Assembly (NCBI GenBank): GCA_028697015.1
Contig: JAQVFW010000001.1
Coordinates: 67,603-131,602 of the forward strand
Origin: Minisyncoccota bacterium
GTDB lineage: Bacteria > Patescibacteriota > Minisyncoccia > Minisyncoccales > GWA2-38-27
Direction: 5' to 3'
DNA length: 64,000 nucleotides
Shown: piece by piece, positions 38,195 through 46,647 of the stretch
Numbering within the stretch: position 1 is the first letter of the stretch
Layout of the letters: each line of letters opens with the position of its first letter
Notes under the pieces: model-generated
Told to the model about the DNA's origin: nothing
The model's input: only the letters and a program-made list of their open reading frames with translations
The model's database searches: none
Translations under genes and position numbers: made by a program

Positions 38195-39246
38195 CAATAC
38201 GTAAACTTTTTTCTTACATATCAAGCGATATAGCGATAGACCTTGGAACTGCGACTTCTCTTGTTTACGTAAAAGGGAAGGGAATTGTTATTCATGAACC
38301 GTCGGTTGTTGCCGTTAATAAAAAGACAGGCCAGATACTGGCGATAGGAGAAGAGGCAAAAAAGATGGTTGGAAGAACTCCTGCTCATATTGTTGCTACA
38401 AGGCCGCTTGTTGACGGAGTTGTTTCCGATTTTGAGGTAACAGAGCAAATGCTCAAATATTTCATTGAAAAAGTCCATAAAGGAAGATTTTTTATCGGAC
38501 CTCGCCCAAGAGTAATTGTTGGAATTCCTTACGGAGTTACCGAAGTTGAACAAAGAGCCGTTCGCGATGCTGCCAAAAGCGCGGGAGCGGGAGAAGTTTT
38601 TCTTATAGAAGAACCAATGGCCGCTGCGATTGGTTCGCGCCTTCCGGTTCAAGAAGCCGGAGGAAACTTTATTGTCGATATCGGAGGAGGAACAACGGAA
38701 GTTGCCGTAATGTCTCTAGGGGGGATAGTAACGGCCAAAAGCCTTAGAATTGCCGGAGACCGTCTTAATGAGGATATAATAAGGTATGCTGAGGAAAACT
38801 ATAAGCTTCTTATAGGAGAAAGAGGAGCGGAAGATATAAAAATAAGAATTGGATCTGCTTATTCTATGAAAGAGAAAAAAGAACTTCCTTTGAGAGGAAG
38901 AAATCTTGTAACGGGATTGCCGGAAGAAATTATGATATCAAGCGAAGAGGTAAAAAAAGCAATGTCAAAATCAATAAAGGAGATAGTAATGGCGATTAAA
39001 ACAACAGTTGAGGAAACTCCTCCTGAGCTTTTATCGGATATTATGTCAAGAGGAATATATCTTGCCGGAGGAGGCAGTCTTTTAAAGGGCCTTGATATTT
39101 TAATCCAAGAAGAGGTCAAAATACCGACAAGATTGATTGAAGACCCGGTTACAGCGGTTGCAAGGGGAGCGGGACTAGTTCTTGAAAATATAGACGAATT
39201 GTATGATGTTCTTACAAACTCTGAAGAATTGGATCCTTTGAAATAA
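38191..39246 (+). CDS. mreB: Actin-like rod-shape protein MreB (paralog 2)
   Basis: IAIDLGTATSLVYV, HEPSVVAV, RPLVDGVVSDF, VDIGGGTTEVAVMSLGG and LAGGGSLLKGLD motifs. Confidence 0.9.
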   Translation: MTIRKLFSYISSDIAIDLGTATSLVYVKGKGIVIHEPSVVAVNKKTGQILAIGEEAKKMVGRTPAHIVATRPLVDGVVSDFEVTEQMLKYFIEKVHKGRFFIGPRPRVIVGIPYGVTEVEQRAVRDAAKSAGAGEVFLIEEPMAAAIGSRLPVQEAGGNFIVDIGGGTTEVAVMSLGGIVTAKSLRIAGDRLNEDIIRYAEENYKLLIGERGAEDIKIRIGSAYSMKEKKELPLRGRNLVTGLPEEIMISSEEVKKAMSKSIKEIVMAIKTTVEETPPELLSDIMSRGIYLAGGGSLLKGLDILIQEEVKIPTRLIEDPVTAVARGAGLVLENIDELYDVLTNSEELDPLK

Positions 39247-39247
39247 A

Positions 39248-39523
39248 ATGATAAAAAAAGAAGAAGTAGAAAAAATAGCTAAATTGGCAAGAATTGACCT
39301 TCAGCAAAAAGAAATATCCAAAATGGAAACAGAGATGTCAACTATTCTTGACTATTTTGACCGTCTTTCTGAAATTGATGTTTCAAATGTTGAGCCATTC
39401 CACTTTTCTTTTTTAGACGGAAATACGTCAAGAGAAGATTTAATTCTTATTAAAAAAGAAGAAGTAAAAAAATCTTTTCCTAAAAAGGAAGGAGATTATC
39501 TAAAAGTAAAAGAAGTTTTTTGA
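39248..39523 (+). CDS. gatC: Asp/Glu-tRNA amidotransferase subunit C
   Basis: A 91-aa protein with V.KIAKLARIDL...E......IL.YF..L.E.DV..VEP, upstream of gatA. Confidence 0.85.
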   Translation: MIKKEEVEKIAKLARIDLQQKEISKMETEMSTILDYFDRLSEIDVSNVEPFHFSFLDGNTSREDLILIKKEEVKKSFPKKEGDYLKVKEVF

Positions 39524-40926
39524 TGGAAGATTTTACAATTTCAGAGCTTTATAGAAAGTTAAGAGATAAAGATATTTCTGCTTTGGAAGTGGCAAAAAAA
39601 TATATAGATAGAATAAAAGAAGAGGACAATAATATCGGGGCTTTTTTATCGTTTGATGAGGAAAGAGCAATCAGCTCTGCCAAGTTAGCCGATAAAGAAA
39701 TTTCGGAGGGAAAAGGCTCTTTGCTAACAGGAATACCTTTTGCTCTTAAAGACAATATTTTAGTTGAAGATTTGAAAAATACTTGTGCTTCTAAAATACT
39801 TAAGGATTATATTGCTCCCTATGACGCTACTTGTTTTAAAAAATTAAAAGAGAAAGGAGCAGTTTTGCTCGGAAAAACAAACCTTGATGAATTTGCAATG
39901 GGAGCTTCTACAGAAAATTCCGCTTTTTCTATTACAAAGAATCCGAAAGATAAAGAGCGCGTTCCCGGAGGAAGTTCTGGAGGGTCCGCTGCCGCTGTTT
40001 CTTCCAATATGTGTGTTTTTGCCCTCGGATCTGATACAGGCGGGTCTATAAGGCAGCCAGCCAGCTTTTGTTCTGTTGTTGGATTAAAACCAACCTATGG
40101 AGCCGTTTCAAGATATGGCCTTACTGCTTTTGCTTCTTCTCTTGACCAAATAGGCCCTTTATCGAAAAACGTGGAAGATGCAAAAATTGTCTTTAACGTT
40201 ATAAAAGGAAAAGATATTAATGATTCTACTAGTGTTGATTATAAAAAAAGAGAAGAGAAAAAAAATTTGAAAATAGGATTGCCGAAAGAATATTTTGCCG
40301 ATGGGCTTGATAAAGAGATTGAAAGGTTAATTTCAAAAGAAATTGAAAAGATAAAAAAATTAGGATTTGAAATAAAAGAAATAAGTTTGCCTAACACAAA
40401 GTATGTAATACCTGTTTATTATCTAACCAGTTCTCCTGAAGCGTCTTCAAACCTTTCTCGATTTGACGGCATAAAGTACGGGTTATCAATTCAAGGAGAA
40501 AAGACAAATAATTTATTTGATGTTTATTCCAAAACGAGGGAGGAGGGATTCGGAGATGAGGTAAAAAGAAGAATTATTCTCGGAACATATGCTCTATCTT
40601 CCGGTTATTATGATGCTTATTATCTTAAAGCTCAAAAAGTAAGGACTTTAATAGCCAGAGATTTTGACAATGCGTTTAAAGATGTTGATATTATAATCAG
40701 TCCCGTTTCTCCTTTTTCTGCTTTTAAAATAGGGGAAAAAAAAGATGACCCTCTTTCAATGTATCTTTGCGATATTCTTACCGCTCCGGTAAGTCTTGCC
40801 GGGCTTCCCGCTCTTTCTTTGCCTCTTAAAGTAAACGATTTGCCTGTTGGTTTGCAGATTATAGGCAGGCATTTTGAAGAAGAAAATATATTTAAATTTG
40901 CTAAAATATTAGAAGAAAATGAATGA
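39520..40926 (+). CDS. gatA: Asp/Glu-tRNA amidotransferase subunit A
   Basis: Amidase signature GGSSGGSAAAV...GSDTGGSIRQPA. Confidence 0.93.
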   Translation: MMEDFTISELYRKLRDKDISALEVAKKYIDRIKEEDNNIGAFLSFDEERAISSAKLADKEISEGKGSLLTGIPFALKDNILVEDLKNTCASKILKDYIAPYDATCFKKLKEKGAVLLGKTNLDEFAMGASTENSAFSITKNPKDKERVPGGSSGGSAAAVSSNMCVFALGSDTGGSIRQPASFCSVVGLKPTYGAVSRYGLTAFASSLDQIGPLSKNVEDAKIVFNVIKGKDINDSTSVDYKKREEKKNLKIGLPKEYFADGLDKEIERLISKEIEKIKKLGFEIKEISLPNTKYVIPVYYLTSSPEASSNLSRFDGIKYGLSIQGEKTNNLFDVYSKTREEGFGDEVKRRIILGTYALSSGYYDAYYLKAQKVRTLIARDFDNAFKDVDIIISPVSPFSAFKIGEKKDDPLSMYLCDILTAPVSLAGLPALSLPLKVNDLPVGLQIIGRHFEEENIFKFAKILEENE

Positions 40927-41440
40927 AACAACTTCAAAAATAATAACTTTTATTTTACAGCCTGAATTTACGGGAGTGCTTTATTATATAAGAGCTGTTT
41001 TTCTTTCTGTTTCGGCAATTCTTTTTGTCGCTATTGTTTTTCTTTTTTTAAAAACAAGCTGGTTTAAAGACAGATTTTTGGAAAATACAAAAGAGATTTT
41101 GACCTATAGCCCTCTTAAAGAGGGAAAATTCAAGAAAGAATGGAAGTCAATACTGGAAAAGTTTAATACGGGAATAGAGGGAGAGCAAAAAATGGCAATA
41201 ATAAAAGCGGACGAAATGCTCAACGATGTCCTTGAAAAACTGGATTTTAAAGGGGATTTTATTGTGGAAAAGTTAAGAACTATGACATCGGAGAATTTAA
41301 AAAATATAGACGATGTTTGGCAAGCCCATAAAATAAGAGATAATATTGTTTATGATCCTGATTATAAGCTTCCTTTGCAAGAATCAAAAAAAGCAATTGA
41401 CGCATATATGGCAGCTTTTCAGAATTTAGACGTTATTTAA
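40919..41440 (+). CDS. Hypothetical membrane protein (173 aa)
   Basis: The ORF overlaps the gatA stop by 8 nt. It has one or two N-terminal TM helices and a helical C-terminal domain. No family was recognised. Confidence 0.45.
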   Translation: MNETTSKIITFILQPEFTGVLYYIRAVFLSVSAILFVAIVFLFLKTSWFKDRFLENTKEILTYSPLKEGKFKKEWKSILEKFNTGIEGEQKMAIIKADEMLNDVLEKLDFKGDFIVEKLRTMTSENLKNIDDVWQAHKIRDNIVYDPDYKLPLQESKKAIDAYMAAFQNLDVI

Positions 41441-41488
41441 AACAAAAACTCCACTTGATTTTTATAAAAAAATACGCTAAGGTACAGT

Positions 41489-41559
41489 TGCGGGGTGGTG
41501 GAGTAGTACCATTTGAGGCCCATAACCTCAAGGCGTCAGTGCAATTCTGACCCCCGCAA
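41489..41559 (+). tRNA. Initiator-like tRNA (anticodon CAU) with non-canonical D-loop, T-loop and C33
   Basis: Fold: TGCGGGG-TG-GTGG-AGTAGTA-CCAT-T-TGAGG-CCCATAA-CCTCA-AGGC-GTCAG-TGCAATT-CTGAC-CCCCGCA-A. The acceptor stem GCGGGG/CCCCGC plus A73 matches the E. coli tRNA-fMet acceptor stem as I remember it. Confidence 0.55.
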
Positions 41560-41603
41560 CATAAAAACATTTAATCTCTTTAAGATATTTTAAATTTCTG
41601 TTT

Positions 41604-41676
41604 GCCGGTGTAGCTCAGTGGTTAGAGCAGAGTCTTCATAAGGCTAAGGTCGCAGGTTCGATCCCTGCCACCGGCA
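41604..41676 (+). tRNA. tRNA-Met (CAU; elongator Met or Ile2-lysidine type cannot be distinguished), no encoded CCA
   Basis: GCCGGTG-TA-GCTC-AGTGGTTA-GAGC-A-GAGTC-TTCATAA-GGCTA-AGGTC-GCAGG-TTCGATC-CCTGC-CACCGGC-A, a canonical cloverleaf. Confidence 0.85.
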
Positions 41677-41684
41677 CTTTGGCA

Positions 41685-41706
41685 GGATTGCTATAAAACG
41701 CTAACA
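41685..41706 (+). terminator. Terminator-like hairpin after the tRNA pair
   Basis: AAAACGC-TAACAG-GCG(C)TTTT followed by a T. Confidence 0.45.
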
Positions 41707-41782
41707 GGCGCTTTTTAAATAAAGAAGCAGTATTATTATCTTGTATTATAAATATCGGAAAATAATTTCTGTCTAAAATTTT

Positions 41783-42361
41783 ATGATTAAAAGTAATTTG
41801 GCAGGCAATTTTTTGAGAGATAAAAACGTAGCTTCTGTTTTTCCGACGACAAAAAAGACCGTCTCAAAAATATGCAGCTCAATTGATTTTGAAAAAAATA
41901 TTATTATTGTTGAATATGGTCCGGGAACAGGCATTTTCACAGAGTATTTACTGTCTAAAATGAATAAAGATTCAAAATTGATTGTTATTGAAAAAAATAA
42001 AAATCTTTCTTTCTTTCTTAAAAATAAATTTAAAGACAAACGCCTTAGAATATTTAATGATAGCGCAGAAAATATTAAAGATATTTTAAAGAAAGAAAAA
42101 ATCAGAGGCATTGACTATATTATTTCAGGGATACCTCTTTCATTTTTAAGCTCTTTGCAAAGAGATAATTTGCTTAAAGATACTTATAATATTCTAAAAA
42201 AAGGAGGAAAATTTCTTGTCTATCAATTTTCAAGAAAGTCAAAAAGCTTAATTGCAAAGCATTTTGACCAAATTTTTTCCTATCTTCAAATCTTTAATAT
42301 CCCTCCTTTGTTTGTTTTTGAAGCGTCAAAAAAAAGCGAAAAGAGCAAGTTTTCTTCTTGA
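41783..42361 (+). CDS. Class I SAM-dependent methyltransferase (rRNA adenine dimethylase / phospholipid N-methyltransferase-like)
   Basis: Motif I VEYGPGTGIFTEYLL, an acidic residue at the end of beta-2 (VIE), and motif-IV-like SGIPLS. Confidence 0.7.
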   Translation: MIKSNLAGNFLRDKNVASVFPTTKKTVSKICSSIDFEKNIIIVEYGPGTGIFTEYLLSKMNKDSKLIVIEKNKNLSFFLKNKFKDKRLRIFNDSAENIKDILKKEKIRGIDYIISGIPLSFLSSLQRDNLLKDTYNILKKGGKFLVYQFSRKSKSLIAKHFDQIFSYLQIFNIPPLFVFEASKKSEKSKFSS

Positions 42362-42395
42362 TTTATGGTTTAAATTTGCTAGTATGTTCTCTGTA

Positions 42396-42472
42396 GGGGG
42401 CGTAGCTCAATTGGTCAGAGCATCCGCCTGTCACGCGGAAGGTTGCCGGTTCGAGTCCGGTCGTCCCCGCCA
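42396..42472 (+). tRNA. tRNA-Asp (GTC) with genomically encoded CCA
   Basis: GGGGGCG-TA-GCTC-AATTGGTCA-GAGC-A-TCCGC-CTGTCAC-GCGGA-AGGTT-GCCGG-TTCGAGT-CCGGT-CGTCCCC-G-CCA. Confidence 0.92.
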
Positions 42473-42524
42473 ATTGGAAAATTATGCGTGAATAAAAAAG
42501 ACATTTTTCGGGATTAAAAAGAGC

Positions 42525-42553
42525 TTGATTTAATGTCTTTTTTAAGGTAAAAT
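42525..42553 (+). promoter_or_regulatory. Putative gyrB promoter
   Basis: TTGATT, a 17-nt spacer, then TAAAAT, about 40 nt upstream of the gyrB ATG. Confidence 0.4.
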
Positions 42554-42595
42554 TAGAGTGCGGAGCCAGTCCAATCTCTTATTTTTTTTAACAAA

Positions 42596-44518
42596 ATGAA
42601 AGAAAAAAAATCATCTTATTCAGCCAAAGATATTTATGTTTTAGAGGGTCTTGATCCTGTCAGGAAAAGGCCAGGAATGTATATAGGTTCAACCGGAGTT
42701 GATGGTCTTCATCATCTTGTTTGGGAATGTCTTGATAATATTATAGACGAATTTATGGGGGGGAACGGGAATAAGGGGGAAATCGCTCTTTTGCAAAATA
42801 ACAGGGTAAGAGTAAGCGATAATGGAAGAGGAATACCGGTAGACAGGCATGCTTTGACCAAGAAATCGGCTCTAGAAACGATTATGACAACTCTTCATGC
42901 CGGAGGAAAATTTGGAGGAGATGCTTATAAAGTTTCAGGAGGGCTTCATGGAGTTGGTATTTCCGTTGTTTGTGCTCTTTCTTCATATATGAAAGCGGAA
43001 GTAAAGAGAGACGGCTTTATTTTTACCCAAGAATATGCAAAAGGAAAGCCAATGACAAAGGTTAAAAAAATTGGTCCATCCAAGGAGACAGGAACGACTA
43101 TAATTTTTGAACCGGATGAAGAAATATTCAAAGAGATAAAATTTGACAAGAAAAAGATTTTAAGCCATCTTAGGCAACAGTCATATCTTACAAAAGGCAT
43201 AAGAATTGATTTTAAAGATGAAAGAGAGAAAGGGAAAGAATCTTCATACTCTTTTTATTTTGAAGGAGGATTAAAATCTTATATCAAGTATTTAACAAGA
43301 GGGGTAAATTTGCAGCATCAGAATGTTTTTTATTGCTCTGGAGAAAAAAATGAAATTATAATTGAAGCAGGTTTTCAATATTCTGACGAATATGAATGCT
43401 ATGAAGAAAGTTTTGCCAATAATATTTTCACTCCCGAAGGAGGGACTCATCTTACAGGATTTAGAACCGCTCTTACGAGGACTTTAAACGATTATGCCAG
43501 ACGGAATGACATTTTAAAGAGCTCAGATGACAATCTTACAGGAGAAGACGTGAGAGAGGGGTTTACCGGGGTTATTTCAATAAAAATAAGAGAACCTCAA
43601 TTCGAAGGTCAGACAAAAGCAAAACTCGGCAATCCTGAAGTAAAGCCGGTTGCGGACCAAATTGTTTCAGAAAACTTGGCTGATTTTTTAGAAAGGAATC
43701 CTCAAGATGCAAGGTCAATAATTGAAAAATGTCTTTTATCCGCTAAAGCTAGAAAAGCGGCAAGAGCGGCAAAAGAGACCGTTCTTAGAAAAGGGGTTTT
43801 GGACGGGCTTGCTCTGCCAGGGAAACTTGCGGATTGTTCTTCTAAAAAGCCGGAAGAATCGGAGATTTTCATAGTGGAAGGAGATTCTGCCGGAGGTTCT
43901 TGTAAATCAGCAAGAGACAGAAGATTTCAGGCAATACTGCCTTTAAGAGGAAAAATTCTTAATGTTGAAAGAGCCAGGCTTGATAAAATACTGGCCTCAA
44001 AAGAAATCAGGGCTCTTGTTATTGCTCTTGGAACTGCAATAGGAGATGATTTTAATATAGAGAAACTGAGGTATCATAAGATTATTCTTACCCTTGATGC
44101 TGATGTTGATGGATCGCATATCAGAACATTGCTTCTTACTTTTTTTTACAGATATTTTAAGCCCATAATAGAAAAGGGCCATTTATACATTGCCCAGCCC
44201 CCTCTCTACAAGCTTCAATCGGGAAAAAGAGTGGAATATGTATATACCGAAGAACAAAAAAATATCATAATTGAATCATTTAAGAAAGATAAAATTGCAA
44301 ATATATCAATTCAAAGGTATAAAGGATTAGGAGAAATGGATCCCTCCTTATTATGGGAAACAACAATGGATCCTGAGAAAAGAATGCTCTATAGAGTGCT
44401 TATTGAAGACGGAAAAGAGGTGGACAGGATATTTGACACTTTAATGGGTAATGAGGTTTTTCCAAGAAAGAAGTTTATTCAAACATACGCAAAGGAAGTA
44501 AGAAATCTTGATATATAA
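42596..44518 (+). CDS. gyrB: DNA gyrase subunit B
   Basis: LEGLDPVRKRPGMYIG, GGLHGVG, the Toprim motifs EGDSAGG and PLRGKILNVE, and LTLDADVDGSHI. Confidence 0.97.
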   Translation: MKEKKSSYSAKDIYVLEGLDPVRKRPGMYIGSTGVDGLHHLVWECLDNIIDEFMGGNGNKGEIALLQNNRVRVSDNGRGIPVDRHALTKKSALETIMTTLHAGGKFGGDAYKVSGGLHGVGISVVCALSSYMKAEVKRDGFIFTQEYAKGKPMTKVKKIGPSKETGTTIIFEPDEEIFKEIKFDKKKILSHLRQQSYLTKGIRIDFKDEREKGKESSYSFYFEGGLKSYIKYLTRGVNLQHQNVFYCSGEKNEIIIEAGFQYSDEYECYEESFANNIFTPEGGTHLTGFRTALTRTLNDYARRNDILKSSDDNLTGEDVREGFTGVISIKIREPQFEGQTKAKLGNPEVKPVADQIVSENLADFLERNPQDARSIIEKCLLSAKARKAARAAKETVLRKGVLDGLALPGKLADCSSKKPEESEIFIVEGDSAGGSCKSARDRRFQAILPLRGKILNVERARLDKILASKEIRALVIALGTAIGDDFNIEKLRYHKIILTLDADVDGSHIRTLLLTFFYRYFKPIIEKGHLYIAQPPLYKLQSGKRVEYVYTEEQKNIIIESFKKDKIANISIQRYKGLGEMDPSLLWETTMDPEKRMLYRVLIEDGKEVDRIFDTLMGNEVFPRKKFIQTYAKEVRNLDI

Positions 44519-44547
44519 TTGACATTTCTTCTCTTTTTGGCTATTAT
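44519..44547 (+). promoter_or_regulatory. Putative sigma70-type promoter of secE-nusG-rplK
   Basis: TTGACA (44519-24), an exactly 17-nt spacer, then TATTAT (44542-47). Confidence 0.5.
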
Positions 44548-44603
44548 CGGGCTAAAGAGCCCTCCAAAAAAGGTATAAAAAGGGCTTTTTAAGATAAAAA
44601 AGA

Positions 44604-44795
44604 ATGAATAAAATTAAAAAAGGAATAAATTTTTTAGGAGAAGTAAAAACGGAAATTAAGAAGGTTAATTGGCCGACAAGGAAAGAAACAACAAGGTATA
44701 CTTTAATTGTGATAGGTATTTCTTTCGCTCTTGCCACTTATCTTGGCGCTCTTGATTTTATCTTCAGTTTTTTACTGAGGACATTTGTAATTTAA
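44604..44795 (+). CDS. secE: Preprotein translocase subunit SecE
   Basis: A 63-aa protein with EVKTEIKKVNWPTRKET followed by a single TM helix, directly upstream of nusG. Confidence 0.85.
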   Translation: MNKIKKGINFLGEVKTEIKKVNWPTRKETTRYTLIVIGISFALATYLGALDFIFSFLLRTFVI

Positions 44796-44796
44796 A

Positions 44797-45342
44797 ATGG
44801 CAAAACAACAATTACCAGAACAAAGGAATTGGTATGTAATACATACTTATTCCGGATACGAAGATGCAGTTGCTAAAAACCTTAAACAAAGAGCAGAGTC
44901 TTTCGGAATGGAAGACAAGATTTTCAGTATTATTGTTCCTAAAGAAAAGAAAATAAAGATAAAAAACGGAAAAAGAAAAACAGTTGAAGAAAAGATATAT
45001 CCAGGGTATGTTTTAATTGAAATGATAGTAACGGATGATTCATGGTATGTAGTTAGAAATACTCCCAATGTTACCGGATTTATCGGAGTAGGAACTACTC
45101 CTGTTCCTATTTCTCTAAAGGAGGTGGAATATTTAAAAGGCAGAATGGGAGCCGAAAAACCCCAGCATAAAATAGAATCCAAAATAGGGGATTTGGTTAA
45201 GATTACAGATGGACCATTTAAAAATCTTGAAGGAAAGGTTTTTGAAATAGACGAAGAAAAAGGAAAAGTGAGAGTTCATGTAAATATGTTTGGCAGAGAT
45301 ACTCCCGTGGAGCTTGATTCACTGCAGATAAAAAAAATATAA
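44797..45342 (+). CDS. nusG: Transcription termination/antitermination factor NusG
   Basis: NWYVIHTYSGYE, PGYVLIEM and a KOW domain (GDLVKITDGPFKNLEGKV). Confidence 0.95.
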   Translation: MAKQQLPEQRNWYVIHTYSGYEDAVAKNLKQRAESFGMEDKIFSIIVPKEKKIKIKNGKRKTVEEKIYPGYVLIEMIVTDDSWYVVRNTPNVTGFIGVGTTPVPISLKEVEYLKGRMGAEKPQHKIESKIGDLVKITDGPFKNLEGKVFEIDEEKGKVRVHVNMFGRDTPVELDSLQIKKI

Positions 45343-45364
45343 AGATAGTCAATACTAAAAATCA

Positions 45365-45787
45365 ATGGCTAAAAAAATAAAAACAGTTATTAAAATTCAG
45401 CTTGCAGCCGGAAAAGCAACTCCGGCTCCACCCGTGGGACCAGTACTGGCCCAGCACGGAGTGAATATTTCCGAATTTTGCCAAAAATTCAACGATAAGA
45501 CAAAAGATCAGGTAGGGTTTGTTATCCCGGCGGAAATTACCGTTTACGAAGACAGAACGTATGATTTTGTTCTAAAGGAATCTCCTGCAGCGGAGCTCTT
45601 AAAGAAAGCTGCCGGGATTGAAAAAGGATCAGGTACTCCCAATAAGAAAAAAGTAGGGAAGATAAGTAAAGAAAAATTAAAGGAAATTGCGCAGCGAAAA
45701 ATGAAAGATCTCAATACTACAAACATTGAAGCTGCAATGAAAACATTAGAAGGGACGGCGAAAAACATGGGTATTGAAATCGGATAA
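45365..45787 (+). CDS. rplK: 50S ribosomal protein L11
   Basis: [27 protein letters not shown] motif. Confidence 0.95.
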   Translation: MAKKIKTVIKIQLAAGKATPAPPVGPVLAQHGVNISEFCQKFNDKTKDQVGFVIPAEITVYEDRTYDFVLKESPAAELLKKAAGIEKGSGTPNKKKVGKISKEKLKEIAQRKMKDLNTTNIEAAMKTLEGTAKNMGIEIG

Positions 45788-45794
45788 CTATGCT

Positions 45795-46640
45795 ATGGGA
45801 AAAATCCTTATTCTTTATATCCCCGTTGTACACAAGGGTTATTTGGATTTTTTAGAGGAGATTAAAAAAGAAACTTCATTTGTCTATATCATATCTGATA
45901 AGCTTTTAAAAAAGCTTTCCGAAATAAATCCCGATATTGCCGCTTTAAGGTCAGAAAAAGTTAAAGAACTTCTTAAAGTATTCGGGTTTGAAAATGTTAA
46001 AATTCTTTCAGAAAAAAATTTGAAAGAATTAAAAGGAAAGAAAGTTATTCTCGTTAATGATTCTGTTTCTCGCAGTTTTACTGCTAAATACTTAAAAGAA
46101 GACAATGTAAAGTGGAAGTCTGTTTTTCTTCGCTGGGATAAAGACAAGGTCTTAAGCAGATCTCCTCTTGTTAAAATTTCATTTTCAAAAGATCCTTTTG
46201 ATATTAGAATAATGAAAAGGGCATATGATGAATCGTTAAAGAGCGCTGATTGGTGGAGGCAGGTTGGAGCCGTTTTGGTAAAAGGAAGGAATATTCTTTT
46301 TACTGAATATAATATGGGGATTTTGACAGACCATGAACCGTATCAACTTGGTTCAATGAGAGATTTTTTTAAAGCGGGAGAAAATCAGGAATTTTCTCCG
46401 ACTATTCATGCGGAACAGATAATTGTAGCAAAGGCAGCAAATGAAGGCGTTAAGATAAAAGGAACATCCCTTTACGTAACCCATTTTCCTTGTCCTTTAT
46501 GTGCAAAGCTAATCGCTTTTTCAGGAATAAAGAAAATCTATTTTTCTGAAGGGGATGCTTCTTTTGAAGCGGAAAGAATATTGCAATATTTTAAAGTAAA
46601 AATATTTCAAATAGAAAAGAAGATTAAGAATAAAAAATAA
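45795..46640 (+). CDS. dCMP/cytidine deaminase-family protein with ~140-aa uncharacterised N-terminal domain
   Basis: The C-terminal half carries the zinc motifs HAEQ and PCPLCAKLI. The N-terminal half ([20 protein letters not shown]...) is not recognised. I chose the ATG at 45795 rather than the track start at 45774, which overlaps rplK. Confidence 0.7.
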   Translation: MGKILILYIPVVHKGYLDFLEEIKKETSFVYIISDKLLKKLSEINPDIAALRSEKVKELLKVFGFENVKILSEKNLKELKGKKVILVNDSVSRSFTAKYLKEDNVKWKSVFLRWDKDKVLSRSPLVKISFSKDPFDIRIMKRAYDESLKSADWWRQVGAVLVKGRNILFTEYNMGILTDHEPYQLGSMRDFFKAGENQEFSPTIHAEQIIVAKAANEGVKIKGTSLYVTHFPCPLCAKLIAFSGIKKIYFSEGDASFEAERILQYFKVKIFQIEKKIKNKK

Positions 46641-46647
46641 TTTTCAA

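Noticed and set aside
33332-39246. The two mreB genes as an assembly duplication.
   Set aside because: The protein sequences differ at many positions throughout and their flanks are unrelated, so they are genuine paralogs.
45774-45794. An upstream start for the deaminase-family gene overlapping rplK (and similar track starts at 7999, 10778, 12592, 14753, 19830, 61118 and 62979).
   Set aside because: Internal ATGs reproduce the conserved N-termini of the respective families or have a better SD (62913). The longer versions overlap upstream genes or use TTG without support.
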